Assembly (NCBI GenBank): GCA_964016885.1
Contig: OZ024749.1
Coordinates: 51,398,001 to 51,462,000 of the forward strand
Length of the DNA: 64,000 bases
Source: Eledone cirrhosa
Lineage: Eukaryota
Direction: 5' to 3'
Shown: piece by piece, positions 1-12,888 of the stretch
How positions within the stretch are numbered: the first letter of the stretch is position 1
How the letters are laid out: every line of letters starts with the position of its first letter
Position numbers and translations under genes: made by a program
The notes under the pieces: model-generated
Told to the model about the DNA's origin: nothing
Seen by the model: only the letters and a program-made list of their open reading frames with translations
Database searches by the model: none

Positions 1-3000
1 GAAAGGGTGATGCTAGAGCTGTGAAATCTTGCATGCATTAATTTCAACTCTACTGCATTGTTTCTTTCTAGAGACTATATTGAACAATAAACCTCATTTG
101 GTCATTCCATGAGAGTATCTTGGTCAAATTTCGAACTTTTCAAGCCAACCCTCATATATATATGATGATGATGATATATATATATATATATATATTATCA
201 TGATCCACACTAGCATGGGTTAAAGGGATTGTCCTATTTGAGGCTTATATATATATATATATAATTTCAACTCTCCTTATTAATAACTGCATTGTTTCTT
301 TCCTGGGACTAAATTTAAAAAATAAACCTCATTTGCTCATTCCATGAGAGTATCTTGGTCTGCCTATGAACTTTTCAGCCGACCCTCCTTAATACGTAAA
401 TACTTCCCATTTGTCATTAGAGGAAATTTCTTTACTGAAGTAAGTAAACGGAAACACTAGAAAAATGATTATCCATCAAAATTTCATCTTCAAAATTGTT
501 TCTTAATACATTCCTTGTACAGAACATGTTTTTTAAAGTAGGCGAGGTATATTTTATTCCATGTTAATATACAAAACATCTATTTCCTTACTATCCATCC
601 ACCCTCCAAAATAAATATTTGTCATTTCCTGTCTTTAACCTTCTAATGTTTTTGAAATATTCTCAGAAACATCCGTCACTTAAAAAGTGGAATTTCCTAT
701 CAAATGTTTCAAAACCTAAATTTCCTTCATGGTACTGCTGCTTATGTGTAGATATTTGGTTTCAATTAGTAAAAGCTAGGCCAGTGATATGTTATAACAC
801 TAACATGACAGGATATCTTTCTAAAGCAAAAGTCTAAATAATTTAACACATGGCAAGATGGATGTCCTGCATTGAATTTTAATGCCCTGTATCACATAAA
901 ACATCATTATTAGCAAGACATACTTGAAAAAAACAAAACAACACTATGACTGTATCACATTAAACATTTTAAGTCTTTTCTCTAACACTGCACATTTTCA
1001 CAGAGATCAGTCTACCAGTAAATATACTACAAAATATTTCAATTAACAGCAATGTTTTTAGATATTTTCTACTAAATCATTACAGGATGTTGAGAGTTGA
1101 TTCTTAACGTCCTGTACCACATGAAACCGCATTAGCAAGACATTCTTGAAAAGTGCAAAACAACACTATGACTGCATTACATTCAAAATTAAAGCCTATA
1201 ATTTCATTTACTGCAAAATTTGTATCATTATCACTGTTTAGCATCTATTTTCTATACCTGCATGGGTTAAACAGATTGTTACTGAGTCGAGACTTGTTAG
1301 GAGACTACATCTTGCTTGTACATTCCCCTTTTGGTTTGATTTCTGTGGCTAAATATAGTATTATATAAGGCAAAATCTTTTAACATTATAAGAGGTAAAA
1401 TTATGATATAAATATGTATATATGCATGATCCTCTCATTCCTGAGTGAATCACGGGGATGCTATATTGACATACAGCATTTCTAGGGCATTTTAATACTT
1501 GGTGGAACCCATCTCTTCTCAAGTCTGAATATAGCAGATTTCTTCCAGAACACAATAGATTGTGAGAGAGAATGGACGTGAGAAAGAGATATAGAGAGCA
1601 AACTAACACCAGTATTAAACTGGTACTTTTTTATCAACCTTTAATGGATGAAAGGCAAAGTTGACCATGGGCAGGATTTGAACTCAGAGAGCAGAAAGCC
1701 AAAACAAATACTGCAAAGCATTCTATCTGATGTTCTATTAATTCACTGCCTGATATAAGTATATACACTTACATATAGCTTTTATACAACATCAAAAGTC
1801 ATAAACATAAACATCTAAAGTTAAGATTGCTATTCATGCAAATTAAAACTGCATAAGTACTTATTAAATATTTATAGGATAAAGATCTAAGAGATTTTTA
1901 GTAAGTGGCAGTTTTTAAAATGATATTTTTTCAATCTATAATCTATATTCCATCTATATTCCATCAAAGGTTATAAATGTTTGTTTTTGTCAAGGATCAT
2001 GACCATTAGGTATTGATGTGGTAAGAGGAATGAAAGAGATAAAGTTCTTAAGTTACAGGAAAGGAAATTATATATTAGGAATCTTCTCTAAAGATTTCCT
2101 TTCACTAATCAAATCAATTATATCAGAACCTAAGTGCAACAAAAATTGTTCTCAGTGGACTCAATGTAGATGATATTTCCTGTAGGACTTTGTATAAACA
2201 TTTTAGTAGGGTTGCCTTCATTGTTTTATTTCTCTTTCTATTTTTTGTTATTTTTATTATTATTTATTTTATTTATATAGTCTCATAACTAAAAAGGCTA
2301 TAATGTTCTTCTCCCCAGGGTCTCATAAAGCTGGTGCCAAGCTGTAGATACAGTAGTTTTGTAAATGAAAATCAAATGTTCCTCCACATGATATAATGTT
2401 AGCCTATTCTGGGCAACATTTCCTACAAAGGAGGAACCTAACATTCAAGGATAGGTGACTGAAGAATACATAATTCAAGGAAATTCAGCAGTGGTTATAA
2501 ATTTACTCACAACTCCCGACTTGTGAGTAAATAATCCATAGATCCAGCTAAGGAATTACCCTTGAAAAATGGTTTTCTATTTACTGATAGTCTATCGAAC
2601 CTAGAACTGCTTCAGTCAAGAAAAAGGGGTTGGGTTATATTGTTTAAAATATATTGTAGTTTAACTCAGAAGCTTTATCTAGTTAAAAGAAGTCTTCCAT
2701 CTAGTTAATATTATTACCAAGGACAGTTACTTTATGATTGGTGGACAATATAGAGAGTAATATAGACGTAATAAATTACATCAACATGCAATGACTCTTT
2801 GTCTAACAAAGTTCTGAAAGAATTGTTCAGGAAATAGAATATGGCCTAGTGACAAAATGTGTTTTTGTTATATATATATATATATATATATACAAACATT
2901 ATATATAAACATATATATATATACATTATATACAATATATACATACATCATATATATATATATATCTTCTATCTCTACCAACAGGTGTTCCCACAGAGTA

Positions 3001-3191
3001 CCAGCTGAATTTTACTTTTCTCAGTGCAAGTATTTTATCCCAATTTCCTGTTACCTCCATTTCCGGCTATCTTATTTCTCACAACTCAACATTTTTTTTC
3101 TACTGTAGCTGGTTCACTAAACAAAATATGCACTCAATAACCTATAAGATTTGCTGATTATGTATAAAACCAGTCAGCCCTTCTTTCTTAC

Positions 3192-3210
3192 GCAAAACAG
3201 TTCCTTCAAA
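3192..3210 (-). CDS. Possible 19-nt micro-exon (FEGTVL+1 nt if phase 0) of the minus-strand gene
   Basis: Minus strand reads ...ttttttttctgtttttgttttcAG|tttgaaggaactgttttgc|GTAAGaaag: long polypyrimidine tract plus good donor in non-repetitive sequence. No homology evidence. Confidence 0.3.
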
Positions 3211-3426
3211 CTGAAAACAAAAACAGAAAAAAAAACAAGGTATCCTGAAATACATATTTTTGTGGACATTGCTAATTAGATATTAATTAAAAGCATCAAG
3301 GGATTAAATTATTAGTTAAATGATATTGATTACTAAGTAGTCATTTGGGGGGGACAGAAAATGTTATGTAACTGTGTATTTAGATGGAAATATAGATTTA
3401 ATACTATTTAGTCAAAACAGGAAGGG

Positions 3427-3475
<49 letters not shown>

Positions 3476-3480
3476 TATAT

Positions 3481-3648
3481 GTAAAAGGTAAACAGAAATA
3501 ACAACACAATCGGTACAGTATATGGAAGGAATATATTAGGTTAACACTTGAAATAGCAGAAAGAGGGTCTTAACATTTTGGACGTTAGCCCTGCATCAGA
3601 AGAAAGAATGAGAAATAAGATAGATTGAGGGGACAGGTGGGGTGGAAT
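3481..3648 (-). mobile_element. Short HHR-bearing element family C (decayed); related copies at ~36700-36800 (+) and tail at ~49455-49480
   Basis: Minus strand: tctt-CTGATGC-agggctaacgtcc-aAAAtgtt-aaga. The 36715 copy has intact CTGATGA...GAAAC. Shared tail caag(c/t)(g/a)ttaa..ctaatat. Confidence 0.5.
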
Positions 3649-3659
3649 ATATATATATA

Positions 3660-3865
3660 ATGTTTAATATAGAAATGACTTCTACAAGACTAGAATTGTT
3701 TCATTCAAAAGAAATCATCAGGGCTTTCCTGGTGATCTCTTTTGAATATGAAACAGTTCTTGTCATGTAGAATTCATTTCTATATTAAGCATGATGTTTA
3801 CACTCTACTAATGTATTGAGTACCTTACTTACTGTGGTTACCCCCGATTGAACTCTGGACTCACA
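3660..3865 (+). mobile_element. Inverted HHR-bearing element family B (decayed); second partial copy at ~23937-24060
   Basis: Diverged arms 3660-3722 / 3728-3792. The left arm on minus reads cCTGATGAtttcttttgaatGAAACaattctagtcttGTAgaagtc. Tail actctactaatgtattgagtacc resembles the family A tail. Flanked by (TA)n. Confidence 0.55.
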
Positions 3866-3891
3866 TATATATATATATTTTTATATGTGTG

Positions 3892-3930
<39 letters not shown>

Positions 3931-4692
3931 GAGGGGGAGAAATGATTTGTGTATGGCCCTTACACTATTTGGTCTGATAAATATTTAAAATATTTCTAAA
4001 ATAAAAATCCAACAATATAATTACATAATGACTAGATACGGTTTAAAAATTGATATGTTTTTACCTTCTCTATAATAACATTACCATGAACCAAGAAAAA
4101 AAAAAGTTATTTAAAAGATCTTAGAAAGAGGAATAACTTAGATGGTATCAAAACCTGCAAAGAACATATCTCGAGAATCGAGAAATAAAACTGGATACTG
4201 ATTATTCAAGCAAAAAATGAAATGAACTGGAATCTATTTCCTAAATTAATTAGCAAATGTTGTATCACCTTTTATAGTACCTCTCGGGGCTCAGGTGTAA
4301 GATTTCAGGATGAAAATTATAAGATAACTTTAGCAGTTTACCTCTAGGATCTGAAACAGCTGCAGTGATGCAGTTTAAATCTGGCAACTTTTATTAGTGT
4401 ATTTCCTTGGATTTATTGAGATTTGTGGGAGTGGGTTGGGGAGGGGGGGGGGGGAGTTGCTTAGTCTATTTGGCAATCATTCTACAGGGTGTCCCTAAAC
4501 TCTGGACATATGAAAATCACAAATTAAGATACTTGAGGGACCACATCATGAATGAATGAATGAATGTCTCCAAATTGACAGAAATATAGAGTTAATGCTT
4601 TGGGGTTCATGTGAATCTTGAAAAGGATACGTGATATAACATCAGCAGTTAAGTTACCAAACTTAAAATTATTAACGTTAGAACAATTACAT

Positions 4693-4773
<81 letters not shown>

Positions 4774-4777
<4 letters not shown>

Positions 4778-4925
4778 GGTGGGCTAAAAGTTCATAGACT
4801 GACTATGAAGTAGCAATGCTTGAGCTGTGAAATTTTGCATGCATTCATTTCAACTCTTCTTATTAATAACTGAAAAAATGAAACTCATTTGATCATTCCA
4901 TGAGAGTATCTTGGTCAACCTTCAT
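4774..4925 (+). mobile_element. Tc1/mariner-type MITE family (copies also at 1-155, 263-390, 12541-12783, 13598-13680, 38870-38950, 49960-50160)
   Basis: TIRs (c/t)gagggt..gctgaaaagttcataggctgac / gtcagcctatgaacttttcagcc.accctc in TA context; shared internal sequence. Confidence 0.8.
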
Positions 4926-6309
4926 ATATTGTATGTACGTTATTGTATCTCTACAGAATCATCATCATCTTCATCATCATTTTTACATCCATTTTTCCAA
5001 GCTTGCAAGGGTTGGACTAGATTGTAATTGATTGAAGCTGTTCCTTCCATGACCCTCAAACACTACATACACATCCATATTTTCTGCTATTTTCACTAAA
5101 CTCTTGAATTTCCACCCAACACTCACACCCCACCTAACCCTTAATTTTCTATCTCTCCGTTTCCACCAATAATCTCTCCTAATCTCTAGAAATATGCTGC
5201 AAGACAAACTCTTTGATCCTACCATATCTCATTTTATCCTAATCATTTCAAACATCTCATAACTGACAGAAACAGGTGTAAACAACCACATCACTTATCA
5301 CCTTTAATATCTCTCTCTCTCTGACTATCTTGACAGTTCCTATTACCAGTGCTATTTTGTTAAATGAAAAACATTACCAAAAGCAGTATTGTTGCTCTCT
5401 CATCAACATAGCCTTTGATCATATCTTTTGCCACAACCTCCAAGCAAAATTCTTCCATCTGTCTTTCATCTCTTGGACTGGAAATATTTTATATGTATTT
5501 TGAGTGCTATTTCCAACTTATATATATAGATGTATGTATGTATGTATGTATGTATGTATGTATGTATGTATGTATGTATATATGTATGTATATATGTCCG
5601 GGAGAGATGACCCCTTAGCCTTTGTCAAGGCAGAATTCTTTGAGAAGGAAAACTCTGATATAACACCTGCAACCCTGATGGTATCCAATGATGTTGACTT
5701 GTTCTTCTTTTTGGTAAATATCATCTTGGTTAAGAGAGTGGGACTGGCTTTGTGCAGTGCCTTTGCTTACTATAAAAGCTTCACGGTACAGGCATGGCTT
5801 TATATCTGGAGATCTCTCTGCACTTGTCGTCACATGGTACCATGGGCCCAGCACTATGTGTCAATATTTGTCACAAGTGTAGTGTTTGTACCAAGAGTTT
5901 GCTGGACTAAAAAGTCACACTTGTTCAGCGCATCGGTAGGGGTTCTCCTACATGGATATAAAGTAGTGGCCGTACTCGAAAACGAGTTGGCAGCCACTAT
6001 ATATATATGTAATCTATAAACTCTAATGTTCTTCAGGGGTTAGTTATATATTTCACGTTCTCCTTCCTCCACAGAAGTAACCTGTTTACAGATATTTTGA
6101 GTGTTATTACCAACTTATATATATATAATCTATAAACTTCAATGTGCTTCGAGGTTTAGTTATATTTTTCACGCTCCCATTTCTCCACAGTAATAACCTG
6201 TTTACTAAGTTGTTAGAGAATCGGACAAAATATTTTGCAGCATTCAGTTACATCTTTTTCAATGTATTTCAAATAATATTATTATAGAAAGAGTTACTCT
6301 TATTATTAT

Positions 6310-6582
6310 CAAATCCCGCAGAGGTTAGCTTTGCCTTTCATCCTTACGAGGTCGATAAAATAAAAGTACCAGTAATGCACTGGGATAATTGCTGGCCTTG
6401 TGCCAAAAGTAAAAAAATTATCATTATTATTATTGCTAGCATAGTTACGTCCCTTTATGGTCTGAGTTCAAATCCCGTCAAGGTTAACTTTGCTTTTTAT
6501 CCTTACGGGGTCGATAAAATAAAGTACCAGTAATCTACTGGGTAATTGCTGGCCTTGTGCCAGAAGTAAAAACAATTATTTC
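6310..6582 (+). mobile_element. SINE family 1, two tandem 5'-truncated copies
   Basis: Same core and tail as 27223-27420. Confidence 0.8.
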
Positions 6583-6604
6583 TAATCTCACAAACTGTCA
6601 TATA

Positions 6605-6830
6605 CAGAGTGAGTCATAAGTAACTGGACAGTTAATATATTTTCATTGCAAGGTTCACAGATAACTTTTTAAACATCTGCTTATTTGAGCATAATCAACC
6701 ATGGATATAGTTTTTTAAACTACTTTTCTTTGATGTATTTATAATTTTGTAATGTAGGACCAGTATTTTAGTAAATATCATCATTTGGAATATAAATGAT
6801 AGACTGCCCGGTTACTTATGACTCACCCTA
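6605..6830. mobile_element. Tc1/mariner MITE
   Basis: TIRs cagagtgagtcataagtaactggacagt / actgcccggttacttatgactcacccta with TA flanks. Confidence 0.75.
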
Positions 6831-7562
6831 TATATGACACCTCACTTCATTACCCTTTCACTTTTGCAAACATGTGTCAGCCATATGCACCTTATCTAAT
6901 TTTTATTGCTTCTTCCATGAATAATCAGTTTGACTTATCTAAGAATGGTATTTCCATCATAACTCCCTCCCATGAACAACAACCATCATCATCATCATCA
7001 CCACCATGATCATCTTTATGTCAACGTTTTCATGCTAGTATGGATTAAATAGGGCTTTCAGAGGCACATTTTTATAGCTGGATGCTCTTCCTGATACCAA
7101 TCCTTTTAGTCGCTTCTTACAACATGCAGAGATATGGTGTATCTATTCTGAACCAGATATACAATGAATGCTAAGCTTCTCAATGTCTGATCCTCTTTCA
7201 TGGCAACCACACATCTATATAAGTGCCAGAACTATAACCAAAGGGTTTCTCTTCAGGGATAGAAATTATTTCAGCCCTGATGATTGCTGACTTTATAGAC
7301 TTTAAGTGTAGGCCACATTAAAGTACTGCCCACATATCTGGGAAGTATTTGAGGTTCTAGAAGGTTCTGCTACACCCAAATATTCTTATCCAGATATAAG
7401 TGTAGGCCAACATTAATGTACTGTTCACATATCTGGGAAGTATTTGAGGTTCTGCTACACACAGAAATATTCTTATCTACATATAAAATAGGAAAGGTCA
7501 TCAAACACAGACCTCATTATCCATGTCGTGAAAATGTTAGTTGATTTATTTTTTTGTTACTT

Positions 7563-7696
7563 ACCATATATTCTTGAATATAAACCGACTCAAATATAAG
7601 CCACATACGTGCACACACACACACACCACCTCATTTTACCATCAATTTTTTGGGGGGGTCACATATTCCTCAGCTTATATTCGAGTATATGTGGTA
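7563..7696. mobile_element. pogo/Tc2-like MITE
   Basis: Imperfect TIRs taccatatattcttgaatataaaccga / tcagcttatattcgagtatatgtggta. Confidence 0.55.
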
Positions 7697-8227
7697 ATTC
7701 TTCCAAATTCTTCATTGTTTTCAAAGTTAATTGAAACATAAGCTGTACATTTCATTAGATATAAATATGGTTACAAAAGGAAGAAGAAACTCATAAAAAG
7801 ATCTCTTTTTTGTTTAAGTTTTAAACATGTTCTTTGTTGTTACAACTGCAGTCCCTCTAATTGATGTTTAACTTCTGTAGCTGAATTGTATTAGAAATTC
7901 ACATGACCAAAGAATTATCCTGAAAACTAAGTTGCTAATAATAAACTAACTTTATTTATTCTAAATTTGATTTGTTTTCTTACCACATGATAAAGAAAGT
8001 TATACAAATATTGATACTTAGTAATAAAGGATATTTATCTAAACATATTTTTGTCTTATTGTCAATGAACTTTAGAGTTAAAACCTGATATTAAATAGTA
8101 TATAATTAGTAACCCGAAGTTAATATTATTTTGAGAATCGTCATTAGATAAATTCTAAGTTCACATGTATATATTTAATAAGCATACATTCATCTTCATT
8201 GTCAGTTTAAAACTCAAGTCTATTTTT

Positions 8228-8560
8228 GCAAATGTTAGAGAAAGACAGAGCCTGGATGAACTGAAGGAGAAACTGGGTTTAAGAGGAATTTGAAGGGGGT
8301 GCAAGAAAGAAGTCTGCATTGGTGTGGACATGTGATGCACATGGATGATAATCATTAGGTGAAGAAGTACCAGGAAATCCCAGTAGAGGGAAGCTGCAGT
8401 AGAGGTAGACCAAGGAATGCCTGTGTGGAGGTAGTGAGAGCTGATCTCAAATCACTGAGACTCACAGAAAAGATGATGAAGGAATGCAATGAGTGGAGAG
8501 ATGCTGTGCTGAAAAGGACCAATCCAACCAATACAAGCATGGAAAAAAAGATGTCAAACT
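8228..8560 (+). mobile_element. RTE-clade LINE 3' fragment (disrupted ORF)
   Basis: Translation ...LDELKEKLGLRGI / VQERSLHWCGHVMHMDD...VEGSCSRGRPRN..EVVRADLK..EWRDAV matches the RTE C-terminal 'W.GHV..M...G.R.RGRP..W' signature; contains stops and a frameshift. Confidence 0.8.
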
Positions 8561-8997
8561 TCAAATAGTTTTGATAGATTATTGCCATTTTCTCAACAGT
8601 GCCTATTTAAGATCTCTCTACATCAGTCCTGTCCAATGGGAGAGTCTTGTACTCTCAGTTGCTTAGCACTACAGAAACCGAGATAAACACCAGCCTGATG
8701 AGGGCTTGAGACAGGCTTTAGATATTTCAGATGCCTGCTCTACAAAGGGAAAAAGGAGTTTAGAATTATATATGAGAGAAAGGCACTGATTTTACTAATT
8801 TGCATATCAGTACATTTGCTGCCAGTGTATATACAGATATTTTGATGAGTAGAATTGGGGGCTGTTATTCATAAGTACTGTTAAGCTGCTTCCTGCCTCT
8901 ATATAGAAAACTTAAAGAAAGTACTCTTGATAAGAAAGCAATAACCACTCGAAACTAGTCAAGTTATTCTTGACTCTGTCCTGTGTTTTAATACAGG

Positions 8998-9027
<30 letters not shown>

Positions 9028-9029
<2 letters not shown>

Positions 9030-9221
9030 GGAACCAGTAAGACCCCGACAGCTGAGCTCAAGCCGTTTCGACGGCTAATTCTGGACTGAATTAGCCGTCG
9101 AAACGGCTTGAGCTCAGCTGTCGGGGTCTTACTGGTTCCTATTACCCACTCTACTACCTCAAGTATTGAGTACTTTGGTGCGTTATGGTCCACCTGGTTC
9201 CTTACCACATTTCCTTCGTTA
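9028..9221 (+). mobile_element. Fold-back hairpin element family A, copy 1 (HHR 3'-half, Penelope-like pLTR)
   Basis: ~55-bp perfect arms (9027-9142) plus an ~80-bp unique tail with gtattgagtac, within (TA)n. Contains GAAACGGCT-tgagctc-AGCTGTC|ggggtc. Confidence 0.75.
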
Positions 9222-11571
9222 TATATATATATATATATATATATACATACACACACATACACATCTATATATATATATATATATATACATACATACATAC
9301 ATACTTTAAATCTTCATGAGCTCTATCTAATACAACAGCTGAGCTATATAATTTCTTTGATTCAGACATGCACACATAACTAATACCAATTTTGTTTGGT
9401 ATATCAATACATATATAATAGTGCTACTTAAACTAAGTTACTTATAGCAGGGCAATATAGTCACACTCTACTATCCAAATAATCGAGTACTCTGTTGAAT
9501 AATAGTCCAACTAGTTTAATCCTGATATATATATATATATATATATAATTTAAATTTATGCAAGAAATTATTTCTAGCCTTTATTTAAAATAATTTTGAG
9601 GTTAGAACCTTTAGAAAGAATAAAGGAATTTAACACCCAAAGTATTCCATTTTCAAACTAATTAGGTCTCATCTACTGTGTAATAAGAACCATACATGTT
9701 CTCTCTCAGTCAGTTTGATCTAATGGGACCCAAAATAGCATTTCTGCCAAAATTAGATTTGTATGTTCTCACTGGGGGTTTTATCTTAAAAATTGTTAGA
9801 GTGCACGATGAGTAACACATTATTTAGAGAGAGAGAGAGAGAGAGAGAGAAGAAATATGGGGTGGGGGTATACATCATTGATCTCTTAACTTCATGTGGG
9901 GCCCTATATGGGTTCCATCACGACATATGGCATTTGTGGGAGGCATTTAAACCTGGTAGAGCCCTCCACTCTCCAAGTTTTATCACAGCTGATTTCTTCC
10001 AGCCTTGATGAGATGGGAAAGAAAGTTTGTTTGTGGTATGACTTGAACTCAAATCCCAGAGAGCTGGAACAATTACTGGGGAAATATTCTATCCGATTCT
10101 CTGTAACAACTCTGCCAAGCTATGATAGTAGTATACCATTTTTACCCAGATACTAAATTTCCAATAACTACATGACTGGTACTTTTTTTTATCAACCTCG
10201 AATGGATGAAAATCAAAGTTGACCTCCCTCAAAATAGGTCAAATCTGCATTATAAAAACTAGACATATAAAAAATAAAAAGGTACATTCATTTGGGGGAT
10301 TGGAAAATCAATTGAAATTACACCCAAAAAATATATCATTAGCTACAATGGTTTCTTTCATTAGGGATGTAATTAATTAAACATTATTTTGGGGTCACTA
10401 CATTAAATAGGTTAGCTCACTCTTAGCTATACATCCTTAATGCAGAAGGCATCCCTGGAAATGGATTTTTTTTTTTTTTAAATCTCAGACTATATTTTCT
10501 CTCGCTTATTCTTAAATCTGCTAACTACATGTTTGACTTAATATATGTTTTACTGAAGAGATCTAATAAGATGAAAACATGTCTGAAGTTGACACCGTAC
10601 TTACTCCCATTGCATGTCACCATTCTATTTTTTATCAGTTCGAATTTCAGAGTTGCCTCCCTTGTCTTTCCTAAGAAGGATTGCCATTAACACTAATGAT
10701 GTTTCATCTATCACTGGTATATTTCAATTAAAATTCTTTGCCCCTCACTACATTAAAAATGCTAGCATGCGCCTAACTTTTTCTTTGTTTTTTTATTTAG
10801 AAAATTACCCTTTGGAAAATTTCCACATATATTTACATATTACAGAAATTTGTAAAAGGTATATTTTCTTAAATTACTAATTAAGGAAAAAGTTCTCATC
10901 TCAGAATATTGAAAGCTTTGAGTGAAGGTTTGTAGGATGTAATGATGCTTGCACAGATAACTGAAGAAATGTTTTATTTAAATAATACTATTCTACATCT
11001 TTTAGCTTCAAGAAGAATTCAAGCTGACTGCTGACTCATCATAATGTAAGTTGGGCCATTCCAAAGCTATCAGTTTACCACACATCTTCCTCACAGACTG
11101 CTGCTAACACAAACAGCCATTGTATAAACAATTCGAAAGGTTACCTACTAAAAAGAAGTCACTAAATAAGATTTACTAAGGAACTTGAAATAAATAAGTT
11201 GTATATTTCTTATCTAAATAATAACTTATGTCAGTCATTTCAGAATTATCATGATTATGGAAGAAGAAAAAAATTAGCAGCAAATTAATAAAATAAGACA
11301 AAAATTGAGATAAAATATTTAGAAGATATATTTACATGAGATAGAGTTGTGAGAGAATTTCTGTAAAAGTGTTTAGCTATGAGAAATAATTTGTGCTTTA
11401 TTTAGTCTTAAATTTTTTTATTTTTTTTAATTATAAGAACAGGGATGCTTATATTGTAAATTGTTATTGAAATAATAAGTTATTTGTTTGTGGTAGTTCA
11501 ATAATACTTTCAGGTCTATCAGAGTATCAATATGATGGTTCTAGACATTTAGTACCTCTTAGTGGTTTAAA

Positions 11572-12272
11572 GGTTTCTGATTTAAGCACAAGGTCAACAG
11601 TTCTGAGGGGGAGGAGAAAGTCAATTAAATCAATCACAGTACATTACTGGTACTTTATTTTATTGACCCCATAAGGATGAAAGACAAAGCCAACCTAGGC
11701 AGAATTTAAACTCAGAACGTAAAGGTCCATAACTCTATGCCACAAAGCATGTTGTTCAACTCTCTGCTGATCCACCAATACTGATAATAATTGTTTCTAG
11801 TTTTGGAAAAAGGCCAGCTATTACCCCAGTGTATTACTGGTTCTTTATTTTACCGACCCGGTAAAGATGAAAGGCAAAGCTAACCTTGGCGGGATTTGAA
11901 CTCAGACTGTAAAGGCCCATAACTCTATGCTGCAAAGCATGGCGTCCGACTCTCTACCGATACTACCAATCCACCACCTTTATTATAATAATAATAGTTT
12001 CTGATTTAGGTACGCAGCCAGCAATTTTGGGGAGAGGAAAAAGTTGATTAAATCAACTCCAGTGTGTTACTGGTACTTTATTTTATCAACCCCTTAAGGA
12101 TGAAAGGCAAAGCTAACCTCAATAGGTTTGGTCTCTGATTTAGGCACAAGGCCAACAAATTTTGGGGAGGAGAAAGTTGATTAAATCAACCCTAGTGCAT
12201 TACTGGTACTTTATTTTATCAACCCCATAAGGATGAAGAGCTAAAGCTAAAGCAAATCTTGGCAGGATTTAA
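11572..12272 (-). mobile_element. SINE family 1, cluster of ~4 copies
   Basis: Repeated actggtactttattttat..accc..taaggatgaaaggcaaag core. Confidence 0.8.
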
Positions 12273-12540
12273 TCTCTCTCCTTCTCTATCTCTAAGCAAT
12301 CTTCCTGACTGACTTCACACTAAACTTCCACATCAAATGGGGGCTATCAGAATATAATTAATTTATCGTGAAATGGAATGTAAGAACAGCAGACTTTATT
12401 TGAATTAAATCAGATCCAGATATCTGATCAAATGGCAAAGCTGAACTAAGTGGCTAATAAAACTGATAAATTCCTGATAAAATTATTAGTTTCTTCCAGA
12501 ACAACATGGAGATGAAGAAAAACAAAGTCAACTACAAACA

Positions 12541-12783
12541 TACGAGGGTGAGCTGAAATATTCATAGGCTGACTAAACTGACTAAACCCATGCTAGCATG
12601 GAAGATAGACGTTAAATGATGATGGTGATGATGATGACTATGAAGGAGTGATGCTAGGGCTGTGAAATCTTGCATTAATAACTGCATTGTTTCTTTTCAG
12701 GGACTATGTTGAAAAATATACCTCAGTTGATCCTTCCATGAGAGTATCTTGATCAGCCTATGAACTTTTCAGCCAGCACTTGT
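12541..12783 (+). mobile_element. Mariner-type MITE interrupted by an RTE-type 3' tail (~12585-12636)
   Basis: Both TIRs present; aacccatgctagcatggaa..gacgttaaa(tga)n is inserted after ctgacta. Confidence 0.75.
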
Positions 12784-12888
12784 ATGTGTATATATATATA
12801 TATATATACACACACATACACATATATATTCTATTATGTGTTCCAGCCAAGGGGCTGAGGCCATGCTGGGGCACTGCCATTTTTGGAA

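Noticed and set aside
8690-8720. ccagcCTGATGAgggc as a hammerhead
   Set aside because: Part of the SINE family 2 tail (compare ~18055 and ~18540); no GAAA/stem III follows.
11006-11044. Plus-strand ttttag|...|gtaagt exon-like segment
   Set aside because: Stops in all three frames and opposite to the inferred gene direction.
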